From positions 260,440 to 324,439 of the forward strand of contig CAVVJX010000005.1 of NCBI GenBank assembly GCA_963748675.1: a stretch of 64,000 bases of DNA, given 5' to 3'. The notes beneath the pieces were generated by a model, which was given only the letters and a program-made list of their open reading frames with translations, was not told where the DNA came from and made no database searches. The translations under genes were made by a program, and so were the position numbers. Position 1 is the stretch's first letter. The number at the start of each line of letters is the position of its first letter. This document shows, piece after piece, positions 56,302 to 64,000 of this stretch. The stretch is from an uncultured Chloroflexia bacterium (GTDB lineage Bacteria; Chloroflexota; Limnocylindria; Limnocylindrales; CSP1-4).

Positions 56302-57918
56302 CTACATCCGGAAGACGCCGAACCTCGTGTCGGGGATCGGGGCGTGGAGGGACGCTTCGAGACCCAGCGCGAGGACGCGCCGCGTGTCGAGCGGGTCGAT
56401 GACCCCGTCGTCCCAGAGCCGGGCCGTCGCGAAGTACGGCGACCCCTCGCGTTCGTACGTCTCGAGGATCGGCGCCTCGAAGGCGTCGCGTTCCGCGTCG
56501 TCCTCGAACCCGCCGCGGACCGTGGACAGGACGCGGGCCGCCTGCTGGCCGCCCATCACGGAGATCCGCGCGTTCGGCCACGTCCACAGGAACCGCGGCT
56601 GGTAGGCGCGGCCGGCCATCGCGTAGTTGCCGGCCCCGAAGCTGCCGCCGATGAGGACCGTGAACTTGGGGACCTCGGCGTTGGCGACCGCCATGACGAG
56701 CTTCGCCCCGTCCTTGGCGATGCCGGCCTCCTCGTACTCGCGCCCGACCATGAAGCCCGTGATGTTCTGGAGGAAGACGAGCGGGATGCGTCGCTGACAG
56801 GCGAGCTCGATGAAATGGGCGCCCTTGAGCGCCGACTGGCTGAACAGGATGCCGTCGTTGGCGATGATCCCGACGGGGTAGCCATCGATGTGGGCGAAGC
56901 CGGTGACCAGCGTCTCGCCATAGAGCGGCTTGAATTCGTGGAACCGCGACCCATCGATCAGGCGGGCGATGATCTCGCGGACGGGCACCGGTCGACGGGG
57001 GTCCGCGGAGACGGCACCGTACAGACCCGCCGCCCCGGGCGCGCCGGCCGGGTCGACGGCCGGGGACTCCGGGTCGCGCCGGTCCCACGGCGGCGCCGGC
57101 GGCTTGCGGTTGAGGTTCGCGACGATGGATCGGCCGAGCGCGAGCGCGTGCTCGTCGTCGAGCGCCTCGTGGTCCGCGACGCCGGACTTGCGGGTGTGGA
57201 CCTCGGCGCCGCCAAGGTCTTCGGCCGAGACGTCCTCGCCGGTCGCGGCCTTCACGAGTGGTGGGCCACCCAGGAAGATCGTGCCCGTGCCCTTGACGAT
57301 GACGGTCTCGTCGCTCATCGCCGGGACGTAGGCGCCACCGGCCGTGCAACTGCCCATGACCAGCGCGACCTGGGGGATGGCCGCGGCCGACATGCGGGCC
57401 TGGTTGTAGAAGATCCGCCCGAAGTGGTCGCGGTCCGGGAACACGTCGGCCTGGAGCGGCAGGAATGCGCCGCCGCTGTCGACGAGATAGATGCACGGCA
57501 GCTGGTTCTCGAGCGCGACCTCCTGGGCGCGCAGGTGCTTCTTGACGGTCATCGGGTAGTACGTGCCGCCCTTGACGGTCGCGTCGTTCGCGACGATGAC
57601 GCAGGTCGTGCCCTCCACCCGGCCGATGCCCGTGACGATGCCGGCACCCGGGGCGTCGTCGTCGTAGAGGCCGGTGGCGGCCAACGGGCTCAGTTCCAGG
57701 AACGGGCTGCCGGGGTCCAGGAGTCGATCGATCCGCTCGCGGACCGGGAGCTTGCCGCGTTCGCGGTGACGCTCGATGGAGCGGTCGTCGCCCCCGGCTC
57801 CGCGGCCGGCGACCGCTTCCTGGCGCTCCCGCAGGTCGTCCACGAGGGCGGCCATCGCGTCGTGGTTCGCGCGTGTCTCGGCGGCGGCGGGGTCGAGCCG
57901 GCTGCGCAGGACGGGCAT
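56302..57918 (-). CDS. acyl-CoA carboxylase carboxyltransferase subunit (methylcrotonyl-CoA carboxylase beta-like)
   Basis: [23 protein letters not shown]...[13 protein letters not shown]...[14 protein letters not shown]...[11 protein letters not shown]...[14 protein letters not shown] at 57918. Confidence 0.9.
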   Translation of the reverse strand: MPVLRSRLDPAAAETRANHDAMAALVDDLRERQEAVAGRGAGGDDRSIERHRERGKLPVRERIDRLLDPGSPFLELSPLAATGLYDDDAPGAGIVTGIGRVEGTTCVIVANDATVKGGTYYPMTVKKHLRAQEVALENQLPCIYLVDSGGAFLPLQADVFPDRDHFGRIFYNQARMSAAAIPQVALVMGSCTAGGAYVPAMSDETVIVKGTGTIFLGGPPLVKAATGEDVSAEDLGGAEVHTRKSGVADHEALDDEHALALGRSIVANLNRKPPAPPWDRRDPESPAVDPAGAPGAAGLYGAVSADPRRPVPVREIIARLIDGSRFHEFKPLYGETLVTGFAHIDGYPVGIIANDGILFSQSALKGAHFIELACQRRIPLVFLQNITGFMVGREYEEAGIAKDGAKLVMAVANAEVPKFTVLIGGSFGAGNYAMAGRAYQPRFLWTWPNARISVMGGQQAARVLSTVRGGFEDDAERDAFEAPILETYEREGSPYFATARLWDDGVIDPLDTRRVLALGLEASLHAPIPDTRFGVFRM

Positions 57919-58074
57919 GCGCCGATGATAGGCGGCGGACCATCGCGGGCGGCCGCGGATGCGGCAGCCCGAGCCACTGATGGCGGAGGGCCATCGAGCG
58001 GCTTGACGCTCGGATCGATGGCTCCCAGCCAACACACGATGGAACCGCCGCCCGCTCGTGGCCGTCCCGCGGCC

Positions 58075-58548
58075 ATGTCGAACCACCATCGATTCCGGGT
58101 CGTCGCCTTGCTCGTCGTCCTGGCGGCTCTGATGGCGGCGTGTCAGTCGATCCCGGCGGTGGCCTCGCTGGTGCCAACCCCAGGCCCACTCGTCACCGTC
58201 ACCGTCCACGGCGGTGAATGCCCCGAGGGCGCCTGCGGCGGCACGACTGTCATCGAACGCAACGGGCGCGTCCACCAAACGGCGCCCGTGGCGGCGGAGC
58301 TCGGTGCGCTCGATCCGAACGTCCTCACCGCGCTCGACGCGGCCGTGAAGACCACCGATTTCGACGCGATCCGTGCGCGGCCGTTCACCGGGGAGTGCCC
58401 GGTCGCCTTCGACGGCCAGGAGTTCATCTACGAATTCGGAGCGCCCGGCGGCACGGAACGGATCGCGACCTGCGAGACGGAGGTCGACCCGAACGACCCG
58501 CTCTTCGTGGCCATCTCGGCCGCCCTGGCCGCCGTCCAGAATCGCTAG
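58075..58548 (+). CDS. hypothetical lipoprotein
   Basis: Lipobox LMAACQ. Cys-containing soluble domain. An alternative ATG is at 58039. Confidence 0.5.
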   Translation: MSNHHRFRVVALLVVLAALMAACQSIPAVASLVPTPGPLVTVTVHGGECPEGACGGTTVIERNGRVHQTAPVAAELGALDPNVLTALDAAVKTTDFDAIRARPFTGECPVAFDGQEFIYEFGAPGGTERIATCETEVDPNDPLFVAISAALAAVQNR

Positions 58549-59230
58549 CCGGCCCCACGTCGACGCTCGGGCCGCGAGATCCGCGGGTCGAACGGGTCGA
58601 GCGGGTTGGGAGACCCGCAAGCGCGAGGGCGCCGATCGCAAGCACGCCACCGAGCGCGAGCCCTTCGATGCTGACGGCCCCACCGTCACAACCGCTCCCG
58701 AGTTCGCCGACCTCCACGGTCAGGGTGTCCGAGTTCGGGATGATCGTGTAGACCACGCTCCCGTCCGGACCAGGTCGCGCGGTCCAACACACGGTCTCGG
58801 TGGTCGCAAACGGCGCGAGCCACGCGGCGATCCCGAGGATCACGACGAGCACGCCGGCGATCCGTTCGCGTCGGGTAACGGGCAGTCCCGGCTCCGCCGA
58901 TCCCGCGCTGGCCCCGAGCATCATGAGCAGCAGCGCGGGGAGGACGAACCCCAGCGTGACCCCGCTGAAGGCGATGAACGACTGGAACAGGGCCAGCACG
59001 CCCGCCGCGACGAACAGCGGGCGGGAGCCGCGAACGGCTGCGATCAGGGCCAGGAGGGCTGGCAGGCTGAGCAGCAGTCCGATCACGAGCGGCCGCGGGA
59101 CGATCGATGGGCCGGAAAGGTCGCCTGGCATCGTCGCGCCCTGGATGAGCGGAAGCGCGGCGACGGCCACCGCCAGCACGACGACCGTGGCCGCGAGGAT
59201 CGCTCCCCGCCGGCGCGCTCTCGAGTTCAC
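58424..59230 (-). CDS. hypothetical multi-pass membrane protein (3' end uncertain)
   Basis: GTG at 59230. It has 5-6 hydrophobic helices. The last ~40 codons are Arg/Pro/Ser-rich and overlap the convergent gene by 125 nt. Confidence 0.4.
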   Translation of the reverse strand: MNSRARRRGAILAATVVVLAVAVAALPLIQGATMPGDLSGPSIVPRPLVIGLLLSLPALLALIAAVRGSRPLFVAAGVLALFQSFIAFSGVTLGFVLPALLLMMLGASAGSAEPGLPVTRRERIAGVLVVILGIAAWLAPFATTETVCWTARPGPDGSVVYTIIPNSDTLTVEVGELGSGCDGGAVSIEGLALGGVLAIGALALAGLPTRSTRSTRGSRGPSVDVGPASDSGRRPGRPRWPRRAGRSGRPPSRRSRSVPCRRALRIRR

Positions 59231-59272
59231 CCGATCTCCGGGGACGGTCGTGCTACCCTCACATAGCAAGTT

Positions 59273-60070
59273 ATGAACGCTAAACTCGCTACCGTCAAGT
59301 CGCACGAAACCAACGGCGGTGCCGGCGCGCCACGCGCCGGGGGAGCCACGGCTGACCCGTCTCGCCCCGCGCCTACGACCGCAGAAACGATCCGCCTCGA
59401 GCTCGCCGAAGCCTGGGGCGAGATGGGCGCGGCCTGGGGCGTGACGCCGGCCATCGCGCGCGTGCAGGCCTACCTCATGGCCCGCCAGGCGCCACTGACC
59501 GAGCGCGAGGTCCGCGAGGCGCTGGGCCTCAGCCACCGAGCCGCCAGCCTGGCCCTGGCCGAGGCGGAGTCATGGGGCATCGTCGAGCGCGTCCCCGAGC
59601 CGCGACGCGTCGGTCGCCGCGGTCCCGCGGGGGTCGCCTACCTCGCCGTGGGCGACCATTTCCAGTGGTTCGGCCGGGTCATCGCCGAGCGCAAGGTGCG
59701 CGAAGGCGACCCCGTCGTCGCCGTGCTCGAGCGGAAGGCCCAGGAGGCCGCCACGGCCGCCACCGCGAATCCGGACGATGGCGAACTGGCCGACCTTCGG
59801 GACTGGCTCGCGTCCTTCGTCGTGTTCGTGCGCCTGTTCGATCGCGCGGTCGGTCTCATCCCGCAGCTGGAACCCCGAGAGCTCGAGCGCTCGCTGCAGC
59901 TCCTCGACAGGGTGCCGGACGCCACGATCCTGCGGCTGTTCGACCTCCTCGGCGGCCTCGACGACGACGACGTCCTGGAGCTCGTCGACGCCGTGTCGCG
60001 GTTGTCGCCAAAGTCCGCGCGCCGCGCCACGAAGCTGATGTCAGGAGTCGTCCGGACCGTCGCGCGCTAG
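59273..60070 (+). CDS. winged-HTH transcriptional regulator (MarR/GbsR-like)
   Basis: ARVQAYLMARQAPLTEREVREALGLSHRAASLALAEAESWGIVERV. Confidence 0.6.
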   Translation: MNAKLATVKSHETNGGAGAPRAGGATADPSRPAPTTAETIRLELAEAWGEMGAAWGVTPAIARVQAYLMARQAPLTEREVREALGLSHRAASLALAEAESWGIVERVPEPRRVGRRGPAGVAYLAVGDHFQWFGRVIAERKVREGDPVVAVLERKAQEAATAATANPDDGELADLRDWLASFVVFVRLFDRAVGLIPQLEPRELERSLQLLDRVPDATILRLFDLLGGLDDDDVLELVDAVSRLSPKSARRATKLMSGVVRTVAR

Positions 60071-60074
60071 AGGG

Positions 60075-60713
60075 TCATCGCACCGTCAGCGTCCCTCGCA
60101 TGGAGAGGTTGCCGATCACGCCGCCGGTCTGGAACGTTCGGCTGCCGACCTTGATCGAGCCGGCCGATTCGCGCGAGTCCGAGCGGATCAGGGTCTTGGA
60201 CCGCAGCACCTTCGGGATCGCGATCGTCGAGCGCAGCTTCTGAGCGATCACGGGGCCGATGCCGTTGTGATCCAGGGAGACCTTGATGGTCTTCGTCGTG
60301 GTCGCGCCCTCGCCACCGGTACATTCGTTGAAGGTGTTCACGGCGGCCGTCACGGTGCCCGAGGCCACGGCGGAGCTGTATGACCGCCCGAGCACGAGCT
60401 TCGCCGGGCCCTGGCCGGCCGTCTCGGTCCCGAGGAACCCATAGAAGTCATCGAAGGGGTCGTCGGGCGTGTCGCCGCCTTCGCACAGGATCAGCTCGCC
60501 CTTCGACATGGAGAGGAACACCGTGGTCGTGCCCTCGGCGGTGGCGAACTGGACGTACCCCACCTCGCCGCTGCCGGAATCTTCGTCAAATGACTCCCAG
60601 CCGGCCTCCGCAATGAGCGCGCGACTGGTGACCTGCTGGGTCGCCGCCAACGCGGTCGACGAGCCGACCGCCAGCATCATCCCGACGATCAGCACTGCAA
60701 AGGTTCGACGCAT
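60075..60713 (-). CDS. hypothetical secreted protein
   Basis: Signal peptide MRRTFAVLIVGMMLAVGSSTALA. No family recognised. Confidence 0.5.
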   Translation of the reverse strand: MRRTFAVLIVGMMLAVGSSTALAATQQVTSRALIAEAGWESFDEDSGSGEVGYVQFATAEGTTTVFLSMSKGELILCEGGDTPDDPFDDFYGFLGTETAGQGPAKLVLGRSYSSAVASGTVTAAVNTFNECTGGEGATTTKTIKVSLDHNGIGPVIAQKLRSTIAIPKVLRSKTLIRSDSRESAGSIKVGSRTFQTGGVIGNLSMRGTLTVR

Positions 60714-60915
60714 TTCCCCTCCTCGATCGGCGCGAGTTCGCCGGATTCGTGCGCCGATGCCCGGCGGTCGCGCGATCGTCGCACGCGCAGATGGTCCTGG
60801 TACCCGCGATCCGGGCGATTGCGTTGCTTGCCGACAACGTGCCGCATCGGCCCGCTACGCCATCCCTCGACCGGGTATCCATCGAAGTCCAGTGTTCGGG
60901 GCGTGAACCGCGCTC

Positions 60916-60944
60916 TTGGGTGCGCCCGGAACGCGTGCGATAAT
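60916..60944 (+). promoter_or_regulatory. candidate sigma70-type promoter for pdxS
   Basis: TTGGGT (60916-60921), 17-nt spacer, GATAAT (60939-60944), about 100 nt upstream of the pdxS ATG. Confidence 0.3.
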
Positions 60945-61047
60945 CGTGACCGCGTGAGGGACTCGGCCGACTCGATCGGGCGACGACCCCGGGGCCAGAC
61001 CCGGCCGGCGATCCGAACGCACAAACCTTGAGGAATCACAGCCCACC

Positions 61048-61935
61048 ATGACCGTCGAAACGTCGACCTGGGCGACCAAGAAGGGTCTCGCCCAGATGCT
61101 CAAGGGCGGCGTCATCATGGACGTCGTCACGGCCGACCAGGCCAAGATCGCCGAGGATGCCGGCGCGGTCGCCGTCATGGCGCTCGAACGCGTCCCAGCC
61201 GACATCCGCAAGGCCGGCGGTGTCGCTCGCATGTCCGATCCCGAGATGATCAGCGGGATCATGGATGCGGTCTCGATCCCGGTCATGGCCAAGGCCCGGA
61301 TCGGCCACTTCGTCGAGGCCCAGGTGCTCGAGGCGCTCGGTGTCGACTACATCGACGAGTCCGAGGTCCTCACCCCGGCCGACGAGAGCAACCACATCGA
61401 CAAGCACGCGTTCAAGGTGCCGTTCGTGTGCGGCTGCCGGAACCTGGGGGAGGCGCTGCGCCGGATCAACGAAGGCGCGGCGATGATGCGGACCAAGGGC
61501 GAGGCCGGGACGGGCAACATCGTCGAGGCCGTCCGCCAGCTGCGTGACGTGCTCAGCGAGCTGCGCCGGCTCCAGGGCATGCGTGACGACGAGCTGTTCG
61601 TCGCTGCAAAGGACATCCAGGCACCGTACGAGCTCGTGAAGGACGTCGCGGCGAACGGCAAGCTGCCGGTCGTCAACTTCGTGGCCGGCGGGATCTCGAC
61701 CCCGTCCGATGCGGCGCTGGTCATGCAGCTCGGCGCGGAAGGCGTGTTCGTCGGCTCGGGCATCTTCAAGAGCGAGGACCCGGCCCGCATGGCTAACGCG
61801 ATCGTGCAGGCCACCACCTTCTTCGACGACGCCAAGAAGATCGCCGAGGTCTCGAAGGGCCTGGGAGCCCCGATGCGGGGCATCGCCCTCGAGGAGATCC
61901 CGGAGCAGGAGCGGCTAGCGGTTCGCGGCTGGTAG
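61048..61935 (+). CDS. pdxS: pyridoxal 5'-phosphate synthase lyase subunit
   Basis: [14 protein letters not shown]...[13 protein letters not shown]...[14 protein letters not shown]...[10 protein letters not shown]...GEAGTGN. Confidence 0.95.
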   Translation: MTVETSTWATKKGLAQMLKGGVIMDVVTADQAKIAEDAGAVAVMALERVPADIRKAGGVARMSDPEMISGIMDAVSIPVMAKARIGHFVEAQVLEALGVDYIDESEVLTPADESNHIDKHAFKVPFVCGCRNLGEALRRINEGAAMMRTKGEAGTGNIVEAVRQLRDVLSELRRLQGMRDDELFVAAKDIQAPYELVKDVAANGKLPVVNFVAGGISTPSDAALVMQLGAEGVFVGSGIFKSEDPARMANAIVQATTFFDDAKKIAEVSKGLGAPMRGIALEEIPEQERLAVRGW

Positions 61936-62024
61936 GGGCGGGAACGAATCCTCGCGCCGATGGCTAGCAGGGGCGTTGCCTCGGCGCTCGGAGCGCGTGT
62001 GACCACACCACGTAGCATCTCCGT

Positions 62025-62660
62025 ATGAAGATCGGGGTACTGGCCCTCCAGGGGGCGTTCCGCGAGCATCTCGACACGCTCGGCGCCATCGGCGTCGAGG
62101 GTGTTCGCGTGCGCGAGCCAGCCGACCTCAACGGGCTCAGCGGCCTGATCCTGCCCGGTGGTGAGAGCACGACGATGCGGGGGCTCATCGAACGCTGGGG
62201 CCTGCGGGGGCCGATCATGGATTTCGCCGACTCGGGGGCGCCGGTCTTCGGGACGTGTGCCGGGATGATCGTCCTGTCGCGCGAGATCGCGGGCGGCGAG
62301 GAGCCCATCCTGCCGCTGCTCGATGTGACCGTGGAGCGCAATGCGTTCGGGCGACAGCTCGAGTCGTTCGAGGCCGAGCTGGACGTCGACGTCCTGGGCG
62401 GGACGCCCGTGCATGCCGTGTTCATCCGCGCACCGATCATCGAGCGAACCGGCCCCGGGGTCGATGTCCTGGCGCGCCTGGACGACGGGCGGATCGTGGC
62501 CGTGCGTGAGCGGAACATCGTGGCCACCTCGTTCCACCCCGAGCTCGCCGGGGAGACGCGCTTCCACCGGCTCGTCGCGACGATGGCCGCCGAGCACGAC
62601 GACCCGGGCGAGGGCTCCGGCCGTCGACCGCACCCGACCCGCCGGACGCAGGCGCGATGA
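62025..62660 (+). CDS. pdxT: pyridoxal 5'-phosphate synthase glutaminase subunit
   Basis: MKIGVLALQGAFREH...LPGGESTT...GTCAGMI...ERNAFGRQ...FIRAP...TSFHPE. Confidence 0.9.
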   Translation: MKIGVLALQGAFREHLDTLGAIGVEGVRVREPADLNGLSGLILPGGESTTMRGLIERWGLRGPIMDFADSGAPVFGTCAGMIVLSREIAGGEEPILPLLDVTVERNAFGRQLESFEAELDVDVLGGTPVHAVFIRAPIIERTGPGVDVLARLDDGRIVAVRERNIVATSFHPELAGETRFHRLVATMAAEHDDPGEGSGRRPHPTRRTQAR

Positions 62661-62679
62661 TGACCAGGGGGGTCGGCGC

Positions 62680-63747
62680 GTGACTGCGACGCGACCGCCG
62701 CGCACCCAGGGCAAGGTTCGCGCCGCGCGCCTGACCGACCTGGCCGCGCTCGGGGAGCTGTCGCGCCTGTGCCAATCGGACGATGCCGCAACGCGGTCGC
62801 TCGGGCTGCCGGTGAGCGGCCCACCGATCGGCGTCTTCAGCCTGTTCCGCCTCCCGCTCGGTGCCTTCCGCCCGAACGACCTGATGTACGTCTACGAGGG
62901 CGGCGGCCGCATCGCCGGTCTCGTGCGGGTGGAGCGCGAGTCGATCCGCGACGAGTGGACGATCGTCGAGCTCGATGCCGTGGGCATCGCCGACGCGGGC
63001 GACATCCGCTACCGGCTCGTCCAGCAGATCCTGCGCGAGGGGGCGAAACGGGGTGCTGCCCGGTTCCATGTCGCGTGCGCCGACGTCGACGGCAATGTCG
63101 AGCTGCTCATGCAGGCCGGGTTCATGCGCTACGGCGAGGAACGCATCCTGTTCCGTCCGGCCAAGTCAAAGCTACCCGCCGCGTGGAGCGAGGAGGCCGC
63201 CGAGGAGGCGCGGATCCGACCGGCGCAGTCGATCGATGCGCTCGCCCTCCATCGCTTGTACCTCGCAGCGACCCCCGGGCCGGTCGCCCGGCTGGAGGCC
63301 ATCCGGTTGCCGGACTGGGAGCGCCAGGGGACCCATTGGCGCGTGCCCCGCTCCAGCCTCGCGCCGATCCTGCGCTTCGCCGACGTCGAGGCCTACGTCC
63401 AGGCCACGCCCGGGGGTGGCAAGGACGGCACAGAGCTCGACGCGTTCGTCCAGGTCGGCGTGGCCAAGGAGGACCAGCCCCATTACCTGAAGGTCGTTGC
63501 GAGGCCGGAGGCCGATGCCGAAGCCATCATCGGATACGGTCTGGGCATCATCGCCGCACGCACCGCGAAAGGCCGCGACCATCGCCCGAACCACGGCGTC
63601 ATCTCACCCGTGCGAACCTATGAGGCACCGCTCGATCGCCGACTGGAGGAGGCTGCCTTCGATTCGATCGCCAGCGTGACACTGCTCATGAAGGAAACCC
63701 TCGTCCGCGTGGCCGAGCCGGCCCTCGTGCCGGCCGGGGTGCGCTAA
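62680..63747 (+). CDS. GNAT-fold acetyltransferase-like protein with an extended C-terminal domain
   Basis: GTG at 62680. Contains IVELDAVGIADAGDIRYRLVQQILREGAKRGAARFHVACADVDGNVELLMQAGFMRYG. Confidence 0.5.
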   Translation: MTATRPPRTQGKVRAARLTDLAALGELSRLCQSDDAATRSLGLPVSGPPIGVFSLFRLPLGAFRPNDLMYVYEGGGRIAGLVRVERESIRDEWTIVELDAVGIADAGDIRYRLVQQILREGAKRGAARFHVACADVDGNVELLMQAGFMRYGEERILFRPAKSKLPAAWSEEAAEEARIRPAQSIDALALHRLYLAATPGPVARLEAIRLPDWERQGTHWRVPRSSLAPILRFADVEAYVQATPGGGKDGTELDAFVQVGVAKEDQPHYLKVVARPEADAEAIIGYGLGIIAARTAKGRDHRPNHGVISPVRTYEAPLDRRLEEAAFDSIASVTLLMKETLVRVAEPALVPAGVR

Positions 63748-63771
63748 ATCCGTCCATCAGTGGAGGTCAGC

Positions 63772-64000
63772 ATGGGATCCGAGGACCGTCAGCGGGAATC
63801 GATCGACGACCTCGACGCGCTGCTCTCGTCCCTCCCACCCGAGATCGTCGATGCCGTGCACGCGCTCGAGGAGCGTGAGTCGCTCATCGAGGTCGTGATG
63901 GACCTTGGCCGACGTCCGGAAGGCCGATTCCCTGACGCCGAGGTGATGTTGCTCGAGCGCGAGATCGTCGATGCCGACATCGCGTTCGTCGTCGAGCACA
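63772..64000 (+). CDS. N-terminal fragment of a SpoIIIAA/ycf45-like ATPase (by resemblance); 3' end lies outside the window
   Basis: ATG at 63772 follows TGGAGG. Reads MGSEDRQRESIDDLDALLSSLPPEIVDAVHALEERESLIEVVMDLGRRPEARFPDAEVMLLEREI. This ORF is not in the supplied track because it runs off the end. Confidence 0.4.
   Translation, partial: MGSEDRQRESIDDLDALLSSLPPEIVDAVHALEERESLIEVVMDLGRRPEGRFPDAEVMLLEREIVDADIAFVVEH

Noticed and set aside
58424-58548. 125-nt overlap between the 3' ends of convergent genes
   Set aside because: The overlapping tail of the minus-strand ORF is Arg/Pro/Ser-rich and looks non-coding. The cause is more likely an over-extended ORF or an undetected frame break than a genuine antisense overlap.
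55673-58689. Long overlapping ORFs (838 aa and 795 aa on the minus strand, 734 aa on the + strand)
   Set aside because: Only sub-segments are coding: 55673-56281, 56302-57918 and 58075-58548. The remainder is upstream extension or antisense shadow.
60714-61047. Possible riboswitch or leader in the 330-bp region upstream of pdxS
   Set aside because: I cannot match it to any riboswitch class I know, and there is no obvious terminator/antiterminator pair. Only a tentative promoter is reported.

Overview
This is a very GC-rich (about 70% by eye) bacterial chromosomal segment. The gene style suggests a high-GC Gram-positive or Chloroflexota-like environmental organism, but the taxon cannot be fixed from sequence alone. 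I can support about 60 protein genes. I saw no rRNA, tRNA, CRISPR array, transposase or phage genes. The ORF track appears to render GTG/TTG starts as M, and many long ORFs are antisense shadow ORFs of the GC-rich coding strand. Left third (1-17.4 kb): regulators and envelope genes. These are a TetR, an ECF sigma factor with a PD40 beta-propeller membrane partner, a MarR domain in frame with an ABC-2 exporter ATPase, Crp/Fnr, a CaCA exchanger, a PAS-GGDEF-EAL protein, a cupredoxin lipoprotein, a HAD hydrolase and a nitrilase-family hydrolase. Middle (17.4-35.1 kb): an accessory-looking cell-surface island. It holds two tandem paralogous Tad-type pseudopilin modules, each with a TadE-PKD fusion, a TadE-like gene and a TadG-like gene. 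The first module is intact; the second has several frameshifts and an in-frame TAG. Next come a histidine kinase/OmpR pair and one composite ~8.6 kb gene. That gene has a signal peptide, an (AEPT)n linker, a subtilisin S8 domain, a beta-helix-like region, two different 291-bp tandem arrays, a 297-bp duplicate and a PxKF-like C-terminus. It reads as one protein only after more than 20 frame changes. Right half: mostly metabolism and housekeeping. It includes an EndoIII-like gene, glycerate kinase, and an operon of glycosyltransferase, USP-USP-GpgS fusion and GNAT (a putative glucosylglycerate-type solute module). It also includes a DNA-ligase-like protein lacking the catalytic lysine, an MFS transporter, galE and cca (each with one frameshift) and an HNH protein. 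A leucine-catabolic set is present: HMG-CoA lyase, MCC alpha with an excisionase-type HTH remnant in frame, enoyl-CoA hydratase and MCC beta. pdxS and pdxT close the window. A ~145-bp palindromic interspersed repeat occurs three times in intergenic DNA. Frame disruptions cluster strongly in the surface island. Read-level data are needed to separate real gene decay or variation from assembly indels.
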